A stretch of DNA of 64,000 bases from Candidatus Cloacimonadales bacterium. GTDB taxonomy: Bacteria > Cloacimonadota > Cloacimonadia > Cloacimonadales > JAIOQZ01. The position numbers were made by a program, and so were the translations under genes. The notes below the pieces were generated by a model. That model worked only from the letters and a program-made list of their open reading frames with translations. It was not told the DNA's origin and searched no databases. Position 1 is the stretch's first letter. Every line of letters starts with the position of its first letter. The stretch covers positions 2,272,001 through 2,336,000 of the forward strand of contig OY762463.1 of NCBI GenBank assembly GCA_963665815.1, given 5' to 3'. Shown piece after piece: positions 31,014 to 40,547 of this stretch.

Positions 31014-31032
31014 ATATCGATTTACGTGTGTC

Positions 31033-31061
31033 AACTTATGAAAGGCGTTTTTTGCTGTCAA
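31033..31061 (-). promoter_or_regulatory. Sigma70-type promoter of the tRNA pair
   Basis: TTGACA-17 nt-TAAGTT about 20 nt upstream of tRNA-Lys. Confidence 0.6.
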
Positions 31062-31091
31062 GAATAAATTTTGAAAAAAATAAAATTCACC

Positions 31092-31733
31092 CTAAATCTG
31101 CGATAAAGCCCCTACAAATGGGTTCTGAATCTTCTCATCACCAATTGTAGTTTCATCTCCATGACCAGGTAAAACCTTTGTGTCATCATCCAGTTGCCAC
31201 AACTTTTCTTTGATTGATTCAATGATCTTTTCCATGGAACCGTCCGGAAAATCCGTTCGACCAATACTGTTTTCAAATATAGTATCACCTGAAAACAGCA
31301 GATTGTCAACTAAAAAACATACAGATCCGGAAGTATGTCCCGGAGTATGTATTACCATTATATTACTACCACCAATATTGATGATATCTCCATCATTCAG
31401 TATTCTGTCTGCAGGATCAAATTTTATCTCATTATCCATAAAACTGCTTAAGTTTTTTTCAGGATTTATCAGCTTCTCCGCATCATGCTTATGAATGGCA
31501 ACACTGGCATTGGTCTTTTCTTTGAAAAAATCCAATCCACCAATATGATCCCCATGACCATGAGTCAGAAGAATATGACTGATTTCAATTTCTTCCTTTT
31601 TGAGGAAATTTACAACTTTATCCGATGCATCTGCCGGATCAACCAGCACACCGCAACTGCAGTCCTTATCATAAATAACATAAGTATTTGTGCCAAAAGA
31701 CGGCAGAAGATTAAAAACTTTATACTTTACCAT
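31092..31733 (-). CDS. MBL-fold metallo-hydrolase (glyoxalase II-like)
   Basis: THGHGDHIGG, HTPGHT, SGDTIF, GRTDFP, PGHG. Confidence 0.92.
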   Translation of the reverse strand: MVKYKVFNLLPSFGTNTYVIYDKDCSCGVLVDPADASDKVVNFLKKEEIEISHILLTHGHGDHIGGLDFFKEKTNASVAIHKHDAEKLINPEKNLSSFMDNEIKFDPADRILNDGDIINIGGSNIMVIHTPGHTSGSVCFLVDNLLFSGDTIFENSIGRTDFPDGSMEKIIESIKEKLWQLDDDTKVLPGHGDETTIGDEKIQNPFVGALSQI

Positions 31734-31741
31734 TGCTTCCC

Positions 31742-32725
31742 CTATAGCTTGTATTCATTTACAAAATCTTCATTAACATTCTCAACTATGATGGCATTGT
31801 TAAGAGCATAGTTCTGACCGTATCGTACTTCAGCAGATTTAACATCTTTATTCGTGTAATAAAGCACTAATCTCGCTGCAAGTTCGATTTCAGGTTTTGA
31901 TACTACTCCGAGATGAAAGATCACTCCGATTGGTCCACGCATATTCGGCACCTTAAGAACAGGTTCTGTAGTAACTTTATCAGCCATAATCTTGATGTCA
32001 CGAGATGTTTTGCCGATAACCACTTTCATGTTCTCATTGATCCTGAAGTGTCTTCCCAGACGCAGAAACGATGCATTGACCGGATCAAGCATATTGTTCT
32101 CACGCAGATCAACCAGCTTTGATTTCAGCCCTGTTTCCGTGAGAAGACAACCACCACCCGGATTAGAATACTCTTCTATGCCAAGCTCATCTGCAAGTTC
32201 CATCTGACGTTTTCTGCTGCGTCCCTGAATATCCAGCATTTCTTCTTTATTCACCCAGCCTTCTCTGACAGGCAATGTATCTGCTATAAGCCTTTGGCAT
32301 AAAGGCCTTACAATCAAATCTGCCACACCGCTGATTTTCTTTACTGCATTCATGGCATCAGCTCTCTGAGACATTGGTCTTTGTCCCAAAACTTCTCCGG
32401 ATATAAGAAACTGAGCATCATATTCCTTCAGCAGTTCACCTGCTTTACGGAACATGATTCCATGACAGTCGATGCATGGATTAAGACTTTTGCCAAATCC
32501 ATATCTGGGATTTTTCATCATTTCGAGATGTTCGTCGGTAAGGTCTATTACTTCAACTCTGATTCCGGCATGCTGCGCAGCTTCTTTCGCCTTTTTTGGT
32601 CCGAAAAAAGGTGTTTTAAAAAATATGGGTATAACTCTATATCCGAGTTTCTGCATATATTTAACGCTCAAAACACTGTCCAGTCCACCGGAAAATAATG
32701 CCAGAGCAGAATATTCTCTTTTCAT
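31742..32725 (-). CDS. PP-loop tRNA thiouridylase-like protein (ThiI/MnmA-related)
   Basis: LFSGGLDS, NPCIDCH, GEVLGQRPMSQ, GGGCLLT, GRHFR. Confidence 0.82.
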   Translation of the reverse strand: MKREYSALALFSGGLDSVLSVKYMQKLGYRVIPIFFKTPFFGPKKAKEAAQHAGIRVEVIDLTDEHLEMMKNPRYGFGKSLNPCIDCHGIMFRKAGELLKEYDAQFLISGEVLGQRPMSQRADAMNAVKKISGVADLIVRPLCQRLIADTLPVREGWVNKEEMLDIQGRSRKRQMELADELGIEEYSNPGGGCLLTETGLKSKLVDLRENNMLDPVNASFLRLGRHFRINENMKVVIGKTSRDIKIMADKVTTEPVLKVPNMRGPIGVIFHLGVVSKPEIELAARLVLYYTNKDVKSAEVRYGQNYALNNAIIVENVNEDFVNEYKL

Positions 32726-33046
32726 ACTCTTCCTTTCACTATCAATTAGAGATCTTTGTTTCTCTCAATTTTACAGAGTAATTAAACTTGTAAATGTTAA
32801 TAATGTCAAGTATGAATAATGCTCATATTTTGAGTCGTATCGACACTGACAGCATTTTCTTAAATATGTTAATTCCAGATAAAATGTTCTACAATTGTTT
32901 ATTAATGACAGATATGTCTACATTTAATAATCCTTAATAAATAATGGTCATCCTGATTTATTCGGATTATTACAATGATGAACTGTACCTTTTTGTATTT
33001 ACATTATTATCTTGCTATATTGATATTATTTTATTTTTTTTGCATT

Positions 33047-33613
33047 ATGACTGAAATGATTGAAATAATTCTTATCGCAATTGGGCTGGCTATGGACGCT
33101 TTTGCAGTGTCAATAAGCTGTGGAGCCGGATTCAAATGTTTTGACCTGAAATATGCTCTGAAGATAGCATTTCTTTTTGGTTTATTCCAGGCTGTTATGC
33201 CTTTAGCCGGCTGGCTTCTGGGATCTACCTTTATAGGCTGGTTTATCGGCTACACACACTGGGTTGCATTCGGACTGCTGTTCCTTATCGGGATGAAAAT
33301 GCTGATAGATGCAGTTAAGGAACTCAGGAGTAAAGAGGAAAAACCCGAGTTCTGCTATCCTAAAAAACTGTCTGTGCTGCTTGGGCTGGCATTAGCCACA
33401 AGTATAGATGCTTTTGCTGTCGGACTCAGCTTTTCCATGCTTAAAATGACAATTATGTCTGCTGTCATTATCATTGGAGTAATAACTTTTATTTTGTCTT
33501 TCGCAGGTAAATATATAGGATATAAGATAGGACATATCTTTGAAGATAAGGTCGAAATAGTGGGAGCTTTGATTCTCATTGGAATAAGTATAAAAATAAT
33601 AATTATGAGGTAA
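33047..33613 (+). CDS. mntP: Manganese efflux pump MntP family
   Basis: LAMDAFAVSI, FGLFQAVMP, LATSIDAFAVG; start 33047 or 33056. Confidence 0.9.
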   Translation: MTEMIEIILIAIGLAMDAFAVSISCGAGFKCFDLKYALKIAFLFGLFQAVMPLAGWLLGSTFIGWFIGYTHWVAFGLLFLIGMKMLIDAVKELRSKEEKPEFCYPKKLSVLLGLALATSIDAFAVGLSFSMLKMTIMSAVIIIGVITFILSFAGKYIGYKIGHIFEDKVEIVGALILIGISIKIIIMR

Positions 33614-33616
33614 TTC

Positions 33617-34423
33617 ATGGATAAATACAATGTTCTTTTTGCATTTGGACTGACACTTTTTGCCGGACTTGCTACCGGTATTGGGAGTGCACTGGCATTT
33701 TTTGCAAAAAAAACTAATACAAAATTTCTTTCCACTGCTCTTGGTTTTTCTGCCGGAGTTATGATTTATGTATCATTTATTGAGATTTTCGTCAAAGCAA
33801 AAGATGCGCTCTCTGCATCACTGGGAGCAACAAAAGGATACTGGTATACAACACTGGCGTTCTTTGGAGGTATGCTTTTTATTGCATTGATAGATAAATT
33901 AGTACCTGATTTTGAAAACCCTCACGAAATCCATGGTGTGGAAGAAATGGATAAGAAACGTGATAAAAAAGGCAGCCTGCTTAGAATGGGTATGTTTTCT
34001 GCATTAGCAATTGCTATTCATAACTTTCCGGAAGGTCTGGCAACTTTTTCTGCTGCCCTCAAAGAACCTTCACTTGGTATTGGTATTGCCGTTGCGATTG
34101 CTATTCACAATATACCGGAAGGTATAGCTGTTTCAATTCCTATTTATTATTCAACCGGAAGCAGAAAGAAGGCTTTTGTCTATTCATTCCTTTCGGGGCT
34201 TTCCGAACCTGTTGGAGCTCTGGTCGGATTCATACTGTTAAAAGCATTCTTCAACGATATAGTATTTGGTTTATTGTTCGCCGGAGTAGCAGGGATTATG
34301 GTATTTATATCTCTTGATGAGCTTCTGCCTACAGCTCATAAATACGGAGAACACCATCTGGCAATCTACGGACTTGTGGGAGGAATGGCAGTCATGGCTT
34401 TAAGCCTGCTGATGTTTGCATAG
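33617..34423 (+). CDS. zupT: ZIP-family divalent metal transporter
   Basis: [32 protein letters not shown]. Confidence 0.92.
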   Translation: MDKYNVLFAFGLTLFAGLATGIGSALAFFAKKTNTKFLSTALGFSAGVMIYVSFIEIFVKAKDALSASLGATKGYWYTTLAFFGGMLFIALIDKLVPDFENPHEIHGVEEMDKKRDKKGSLLRMGMFSALAIAIHNFPEGLATFSAALKEPSLGIGIAVAIAIHNIPEGIAVSIPIYYSTGSRKKAFVYSFLSGLSEPVGALVGFILLKAFFNDIVFGLLFAGVAGIMVFISLDELLPTAHKYGEHHLAIYGLVGGMAVMALSLLMFA

Positions 34424-34465
34424 GTTAGTACAGGAAAAGCAGTTGATATAGTTTACTGGAGTTTA

Positions 34466-34627
34466 TACCGTAGCTTTTCCCGGTTCTTTGGAACTCAGGG
34501 AACTTATATATCTAACATTTTTCAGTAGGTTAAGCCGGTTGAGTCCCGATGAAGTCGGGAAAGAAAAATGTTTCAACACAGCAGATAAACACCCATAGTT
34601 CCTGTCAAATCGAGAAGGAATACTGTA
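34466..34627. ncRNA. Candidate rod-shaped structured RNA or palindromic element
   Basis: Nested pairings aacatttttc/gaaaaatgtt, cagggaacttat/atagttcctg, tcccgat/gtcggga. Confidence 0.35.
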
Positions 34628-34765
34628 GACAGCTAAACTGCAACAATACCAGTATTACATCTTTATAAGAAAAATAAAATGCTTTACTTTTTTGAAAGCA
34701 CAAAAGAGATAAGGTCAAGAACTGACAGATATGAGATGCAGATAAGAAGATATTAGGGAGGACAT

Positions 34766-36691
34766 TTGAAAAACTACGTTTATGCCGGATTCTGGAGAAG
34801 GATACTGGCGTTTAAAATTGATGCAATCATAGCATTAATAATCTCATTAGTAATTATCAGATTGGTATATCTAAAAACCTATTATGCGTTGTTAGCTCAA
34901 TACCCCAATTATTATTTCTTTCTGATCATTCCTTTTTTTGTAGTGCCATGGTCGTACTTTATCTTTTTTCAAAGGTTTGCCGGAGCAACCCCAGGAGGAC
35001 TCATAACAAAGTTAAGAGTTTTAAACTCAGAAACTGGAATGAAGCAAAGTATAGCTATGCTGTTTCTCAGACAGCTTATATTCTGGTTCATATATCCTTG
35101 TTCAATTTCAGTATTCTATGACTCAAGAAAACAGGGACTTCATGATAAACTATCTAAAACAATTGTAGTGATGAAGTCTAATAAACCAAATGTTTACTAT
35201 CTTTCATTTCCTACTCATCAAGAAGCAAAAGACAATAGATTATCTTACTTGACGAACATAATAGCAATAGTAATGGTTATAGTCAATTTACTTTATTTCT
35301 ACTGGATTAACCATGATGACAGACTGTTGCCTGGAGCTCAATTCTGGTTAGCAAAAGAGGAATCTACCTTAATGCCAGCCGAAGACAATTTATTATACTA
35401 TTTGGTTGGATTCGGGAAGACAAATGATGATAATTCATTTGAAACAGGAAAAAAAATCGTAAGAAATAATTTAATTTTGAGTGAATTAAAAATACAGCAT
35501 ACACGAAAAATGGTAAGAGAAATGAATAGTTATGGTTTCCCTCCTACTACTCCCGACAGTCTTAGGAACCTGGAATCCATATTAAAGGGAGATGCATTCC
35601 TCGACAAAATAAATGGGTTTGATGAAAAAAGTATAGAGTTTGTTAAACGAAACAAGGGCTTCTTCAATCAAAAACTTCTATGGTTCTCAGAGCTTAAACA
35701 TCAAACAGAAATTATCATATCCAAAAATATTTATTATGATGATATTCTGCAATATGATGCTCTAAGTTTCCAACCTTATCATGATTTTCATATTTATATA
35801 AGACTTCGGCTTATAAGCTATCTTACAGACGAAGGTATACAAACAAGTGAGATTTTATCATTCCTTGAGGATTTACAAAGAATCTACACATTAATTATTG
35901 TGAATACAAGAGATCTTTATACTACTAGATATACAACTTTTGCATATCAAAATGTCATCAGATTTTACGGTTTACTTCTGGATTCTGATTCAGTTAGTAA
36001 AAAGCAATTGAATGATTCTATATTTAATCTAAGAACACCAACATTAGATTATGAGAATTATGAAACAAAAATCAGACACGAATTCAGAAATAAAATATTT
36101 GAATTGCTTTCTTATATGTGTGGAAGTGATGCAATATTTAAGCGTGAAAGATTATATGTAACTGAAAAAGAACTCAACTCATTGAATTGGTCAAAGTTCA
36201 AACCAAATAAAACAATAAATGTATATTATAGAAACTTCTCGAATATACTCAAAGGCAAAATTAATGATGATTCTGATATTGTTAAGTTACCATTTACATT
36301 CTTAAGCCGATTAAACAATATAGTTGGAATAGCCGGTACCAATTCTTCATATTATAATGTACATGATTTGAGAAATACAGAGAATACCTTGTTAAATCTG
36401 CAAAGCATGAGCAACCTCCTTAAGCTGAAAGCCATGATATACAGAGACCATGTAAAAGAGGAAAACATTCAGGAATTCCTGAACACTCATGCTGATTCAT
36501 TATATGATGTGCTTACAAGAGAGCCAATGAAATGGAATTCTGATGAACAGGAAATCTACTTTGGTGAGAAAACAGAAACACCAGAGGAGTATGAAGCTTA
36601 CCTTAAAATGGAACGTGATGAAAAGAAAAACAGACGTTTTAGAACATCGCGACATGAAAACCCGGATGCTTTGAAACTATATTTTAATTAG
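34766..36691 (+). CDS. RDD-family membrane domain fused to large extracytoplasmic domain, paralog 1
   Basis: YAGFWRRILA..ID, TPG...LRV, RKQGLHDK..KTIVV; TTG start after GGAGG. Confidence 0.82.
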   Translation: MKNYVYAGFWRRILAFKIDAIIALIISLVIIRLVYLKTYYALLAQYPNYYFFLIIPFFVVPWSYFIFFQRFAGATPGGLITKLRVLNSETGMKQSIAMLFLRQLIFWFIYPCSISVFYDSRKQGLHDKLSKTIVVMKSNKPNVYYLSFPTHQEAKDNRLSYLTNIIAIVMVIVNLLYFYWINHDDRLLPGAQFWLAKEESTLMPAEDNLLYYLVGFGKTNDDNSFETGKKIVRNNLILSELKIQHTRKMVREMNSYGFPPTTPDSLRNLESILKGDAFLDKINGFDEKSIEFVKRNKGFFNQKLLWFSELKHQTEIIISKNIYYDDILQYDALSFQPYHDFHIYIRLRLISYLTDEGIQTSEILSFLEDLQRIYTLIIVNTRDLYTTRYTTFAYQNVIRFYGLLLDSDSVSKKQLNDSIFNLRTPTLDYENYETKIRHEFRNKIFELLSYMCGSDAIFKRERLYVTEKELNSLNWSKFKPNKTINVYYRNFSNILKGKINDDSDIVKLPFTFLSRLNNIVGIAGTNSSYYNVHDLRNTENTLLNLQSMSNLLKLKAMIYRDHVKEENIQEFLNTHADSLYDVLTREPMKWNSDEQEIYFGEKTETPEEYEAYLKMERDEKKNRRFRTSRHENPDALKLYFN

Positions 36692-36731
36692 GAAGGATAT
36701 AATGAAAAACTACGTTTATGCCGGATTCTGG
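36413..36731 (+). repeat. 319-bp direct repeat across gene junction, copy 1
   Basis: Matches 38355-38673; last 191 bp identical. Confidence 0.92.
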
Positions 36732-38633
36732 AGAAGGACATTAGCTGTTTTAATCAATATGGTTATTGCAATGATTTTTCATGCCGTTTTTTTGAATTTC
36801 GATACATATATTTCTATTGCTGGACAAAGACCAATTCTGGTGGATGTTTTAAATATTGCCCTAATGTTCTTTTCATGTATTGTGTCTGTTCTGATGCTGC
36901 GTTTTCTGGGAGCAGATATTGGCGGATTGATTCTCAAGATGAGAGTTGTGAATGCTGAAACAGGCAATCACCAATCTGTAAAGAACCTGATTATCAGGTT
37001 TTTCATGCAGTACTTCAATTTCCTCAGTTTTGTTTCCATATTTTACGATTCCAGAAAGCAAGGTTGGCATGACAAGGTTTCTTCATCTCTGGTTGTAGTG
37101 AAGTCCGGCAATGAACAGGAATACAGAATTGAGTTCCCTACATTTTCAACGGATAAGGATAGAAAATTCAACTTCTTGATTTATATTTTTACAATACTAT
37201 TTGCTCTCGTCAATACTGCATTTTTAACAATCAGCCTGCATGAAGATTCTTTATTACCGGAAGCTGCTGCATGGATAGGTGAACACATGGAGAAAGAAGA
37301 AAATCCTGAGGATAATGGATTCTACTATCTAATTGGCTTTGGAATGACTACTGATGTAAACCAGTTTGAGAAAGGGTATCAAATAGTTCAGGAAATAAAT
37401 AAAAAATCACTGGAAACTAGAGAAAAAGTAAGAAATAGACTTATGGGAAAGGGACCTAATCCATTTTCCGTATTTCCGAAAAGACAAAAGGAAGAGACAT
37501 TTTTCCTCGAAGAAGATGAACTTGTGAAACACTTATGCAAGGTAAAATATGATACTACTATGTTAGATTCTACTAGAAAATACAAGAAAGATTTAAGTCG
37601 TATACTGAACAAATTCGAGTCTTTAGATTCTCAGATAACTAGAATTACGGATCAGAAAACCTTTATTAATACTGAATGGCCTAACTGGGAATATACTACT
37701 CACAAGAGCTTGATATTACTTTCGAATTATCTTGAGTTGAAGATTATGTTAAGATTAAGTGAGTTTGATAAAGATAATACGTCCCTTTTTGAAACCCTGG
37801 ATATAGTTGATGAAACCGGGAGATACATTCTGAAAAACTCAAGCAATGAGTATCATTGTTTGGTATCCGGTATAATTGTAAGGTATAAATCACTTGTTCT
37901 TGAATTATTGTTAGATTCATACAGAAATTCTTCGGCTATAATCAATCAAATTCTGGAAATGGAAAACCTTACTGATGATCATGTAAATTTGCAAAATATT
38001 GCCAAAAGGATATTTTTAGAAAAAGTTAGTTCAGCTTTCCTACCTGTAAACGGTAAAAATGAGATATTCCTTCGTGATGAATTTTTCATGAGACAAAACG
38101 AAGTCTCCACATTTTACTGTAGATTTTTTAAGCCAAACAAATACATTAACAGTGAATATAAATATTATAGCTTATTATGCAATTTACATTTAAAAAATGG
38201 AGAAGAAATTGAGAACTTTAATGCTGATAGTATACTGATTAAAAAGAGTGACTTCAACCTTCTGAATAATCCTGTAAGTGTTGCTTATCATGAAAATAAA
38301 AGGACACTTAATGTTACAGTATTAAATATATTGAAAAAGGAAATGAATCGGATTAACCTCCTGAAACTGAAAGCCATGATATACAGAGACCATGTAAAAG
38401 AAGAAAACATTCAGGAATTCCTGAACGCTCATGCTGATTCATTGTATGATGTGCTAACAAGAGAACCAATGAAATGGAATTATGATGAACAGGAAATCTA
38501 CTTTGGTGAGAAAACAGAAACACCAGAGGAGTATGAAGCTTACCTTAAAATGGAACGTGATGAAAAGAAAAACAGACGTTTTAGAACATCGCGACATGAA
38601 AACCCGGATGCTTTGAAACTATATTTTAATTAG
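36702..38633 (+). CDS. RDD-fusion protein, paralog 2
   Basis: YAGFWRRTLA, RKQGWHDK; C-terminus nearly identical to paralog 1. Confidence 0.82.
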   Translation: MKNYVYAGFWRRTLAVLINMVIAMIFHAVFLNFDTYISIAGQRPILVDVLNIALMFFSCIVSVLMLRFLGADIGGLILKMRVVNAETGNHQSVKNLIIRFFMQYFNFLSFVSIFYDSRKQGWHDKVSSSLVVVKSGNEQEYRIEFPTFSTDKDRKFNFLIYIFTILFALVNTAFLTISLHEDSLLPEAAAWIGEHMEKEENPEDNGFYYLIGFGMTTDVNQFEKGYQIVQEINKKSLETREKVRNRLMGKGPNPFSVFPKRQKEETFFLEEDELVKHLCKVKYDTTMLDSTRKYKKDLSRILNKFESLDSQITRITDQKTFINTEWPNWEYTTHKSLILLSNYLELKIMLRLSEFDKDNTSLFETLDIVDETGRYILKNSSNEYHCLVSGIIVRYKSLVLELLLDSYRNSSAIINQILEMENLTDDHVNLQNIAKRIFLEKVSSAFLPVNGKNEIFLRDEFFMRQNEVSTFYCRFFKPNKYINSEYKYYSLLCNLHLKNGEEIENFNADSILIKKSDFNLLNNPVSVAYHENKRTLNVTVLNILKKEMNRINLLKLKAMIYRDHVKEENIQEFLNAHADSLYDVLTREPMKWNYDEQEIYFGEKTETPEEYEAYLKMERDEKKNRRFRTSRHENPDALKLYFN

Positions 38634-38673
38634 GAAGGATATAATGAAAAACTACGTTTATGCCGGATTCTGG
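38355..38673 (+). repeat. 319-bp direct repeat across gene junction, copy 2
   Basis: Matches 36413-36731. Confidence 0.92.
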
Positions 38674-40533
38674 GACAGATTTATAATGTATTTGTTCGAT
38701 GTAATGATTATTGCAGGGATTAACTATCTGTTTTCTATCGTGTTCAAGGTAAATAACGGTTTTATGTATCAACCCGGTACTATTGCTGCTTTTTATGCAA
38801 AATTTTATGTTATATTCCCCGTAATCTATTTCCCTGTTATGTGGATTCTATTCGGTGGTTCTATTGCATATCTTTTCAGACAGATTAAAATAGTTGATGC
38901 CAGAACCGGGGAGAAACCACCTTTCTGGAAAATGATTATCAGATATATCACATTCCCAATATCAATACCGCTTTTAGGTCTTGGAGTGCTCTGGATGCTC
39001 TGGGATTCCCACAACCAAACCTGGCATGATAAGTTTTCCGGAACAATTGTGGTTAAGAGAAAAACTTTTAAACGAAAAGATCTTACTGTAGAGAACATAG
39101 AAAATCTGGTCGATGAGCAGAAAACAACTTTTCCACTTCCTCCTGCTCCAAGAGATAAAACTTTATGGAAGGTTGGAATTGTTTTTGCAGTAATATCACT
39201 CTTTGCCTGTGCAGGTATATCCTACATATTAAACTATGACGAAGAATTATCTTCCAGTGCCGGTGAATGGCTGTATGAGGAGCCTTTTGTAGAAACTGAT
39301 CCTCAGGATAACGCTTATTATTATTTAGTTGGATTTGAAGCTTCAAAAGACCAGAGTGCTTTTAATGCCGGATTTGATTTTGTGAATAATGAAAATGATA
39401 TTGTATCTGGGAGAGCTAAAAGATCTCAATTCCCTGATGAAAATTCGATTATAAAAATCTCCCCTATTGATGAAGGTAATTTTGGTCAGGATGCTTATGA
39501 TGCTCTGAAAAATCCTGAAATATTCCAAAAGTTTATGAGCAAAAACAGAGATAAACTTAACTCCTATTTCAGTGATAATACTGTCCTCATAAATAGACTT
39601 AATCGAATTTCAGCCAAGTTGGAAAAAGGTTATTATAAAGAAACCATCATCGACGAGGCTTCTGTTAAAATACCGGTACTCGTTACATACATAACCACGA
39701 TAAGATTTTTACTCACCATTTATGCGGATGATTATGTACATTCTGACAAAAAAGAAGCGTTAGAAAAGATCGCAGCTTTTAAGGATGACGGATTAACTCT
39801 TGTCCGTGAATCTCAATCCATCCTGACATATCTGATTTACAGGACAACTGTGCTGCTTACTCTGGACACCTACAATCTCCTTCTTGAACTTGATCCGCAA
39901 AATAGCCGGTTACATCAGGAAATTAGTAATATATCACCTATCTCTCAGGAAGAGATGCCTATGCAGAAAATTGCAAAGCATGATTTCAGATATTATTCAT
40001 CATATTATCTCAATATGTTTAATCCAAATAAAACAATCTACTCAAAAGATAAATTTCACATCTCGGAAGATGATGTGGTTCATAGTAAATCAATAATCTT
40101 CAAACCTGGAATGACATTGAATCAGGAATACAAGTATTCCAGGAATATGGAGGAGCTATCTTCAGTTCAGGGGAAAGACTTCTATAAGAATTTTGCTAGA
40201 TTAAGTGCAATACACGAAAACACAGTATTTGACTATATCAGAAACCCTTTCGGCTCTGCAATTGTGAATATCGCCAGACCCAGTAACGGAGATTACTACA
40301 TAACCAAACATGACATCAATGGAAGAATTACCTTATTGAAACTGAAATCCGAAATATACAGTAAAAAAATTGCTGAATCTGATGTAGCTGATTTCATAGA
40401 AGCAAATAATACTGAATATTACAATCCATTTACATTAGTTCCAATAAAATTCAATGAACAATCAAATGAAATATACTATCTTGGACCGGATGAGAATTTC
40501 AATCCAAGTCGAAAACTATCGTTATCATTTTAA
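38644..40533 (+). CDS. RDD-fusion protein, paralog 3
   Basis: YAGFWDRF...D, KIVDARTGEKP, WD..NQTWHDK..GTIVV. Confidence 0.82.
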   Translation: MKNYVYAGFWDRFIMYLFDVMIIAGINYLFSIVFKVNNGFMYQPGTIAAFYAKFYVIFPVIYFPVMWILFGGSIAYLFRQIKIVDARTGEKPPFWKMIIRYITFPISIPLLGLGVLWMLWDSHNQTWHDKFSGTIVVKRKTFKRKDLTVENIENLVDEQKTTFPLPPAPRDKTLWKVGIVFAVISLFACAGISYILNYDEELSSSAGEWLYEEPFVETDPQDNAYYYLVGFEASKDQSAFNAGFDFVNNENDIVSGRAKRSQFPDENSIIKISPIDEGNFGQDAYDALKNPEIFQKFMSKNRDKLNSYFSDNTVLINRLNRISAKLEKGYYKETIIDEASVKIPVLVTYITTIRFLLTIYADDYVHSDKKEALEKIAAFKDDGLTLVRESQSILTYLIYRTTVLLTLDTYNLLLELDPQNSRLHQEISNISPISQEEMPMQKIAKHDFRYYSSYYLNMFNPNKTIYSKDKFHISEDDVVHSKSIIFKPGMTLNQEYKYSRNMEELSSVQGKDFYKNFARLSAIHENTVFDYIRNPFGSAIVNIARPSNGDYYITKHDINGRITLLKLKSEIYSKKIAESDVADFIEANNTEYYNPFTLVPIKFNEQSNEIYYLGPDENFNPSRKLSLSF

Positions 40534-40547
40534 ATAGGGATTTGTTA

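Noticed and set aside
30938-31150. 70-aa ORF MVSLDGFEPSTLCLKGRYST
   Set aside because: Antisense translation of tRNA-Lys and its promoter.
34540-34570. Hammerhead ribozyme core
   Set aside because: Has CGATGA rather than CTGATGA and the required three-stem arrangement is not evident.
36413-38673. Repeat pair as diversity-generating retroelement TR/VR
   Set aside because: Mismatches are not confined to adenines of one copy, both copies are coding, and no reverse transcriptase is present.
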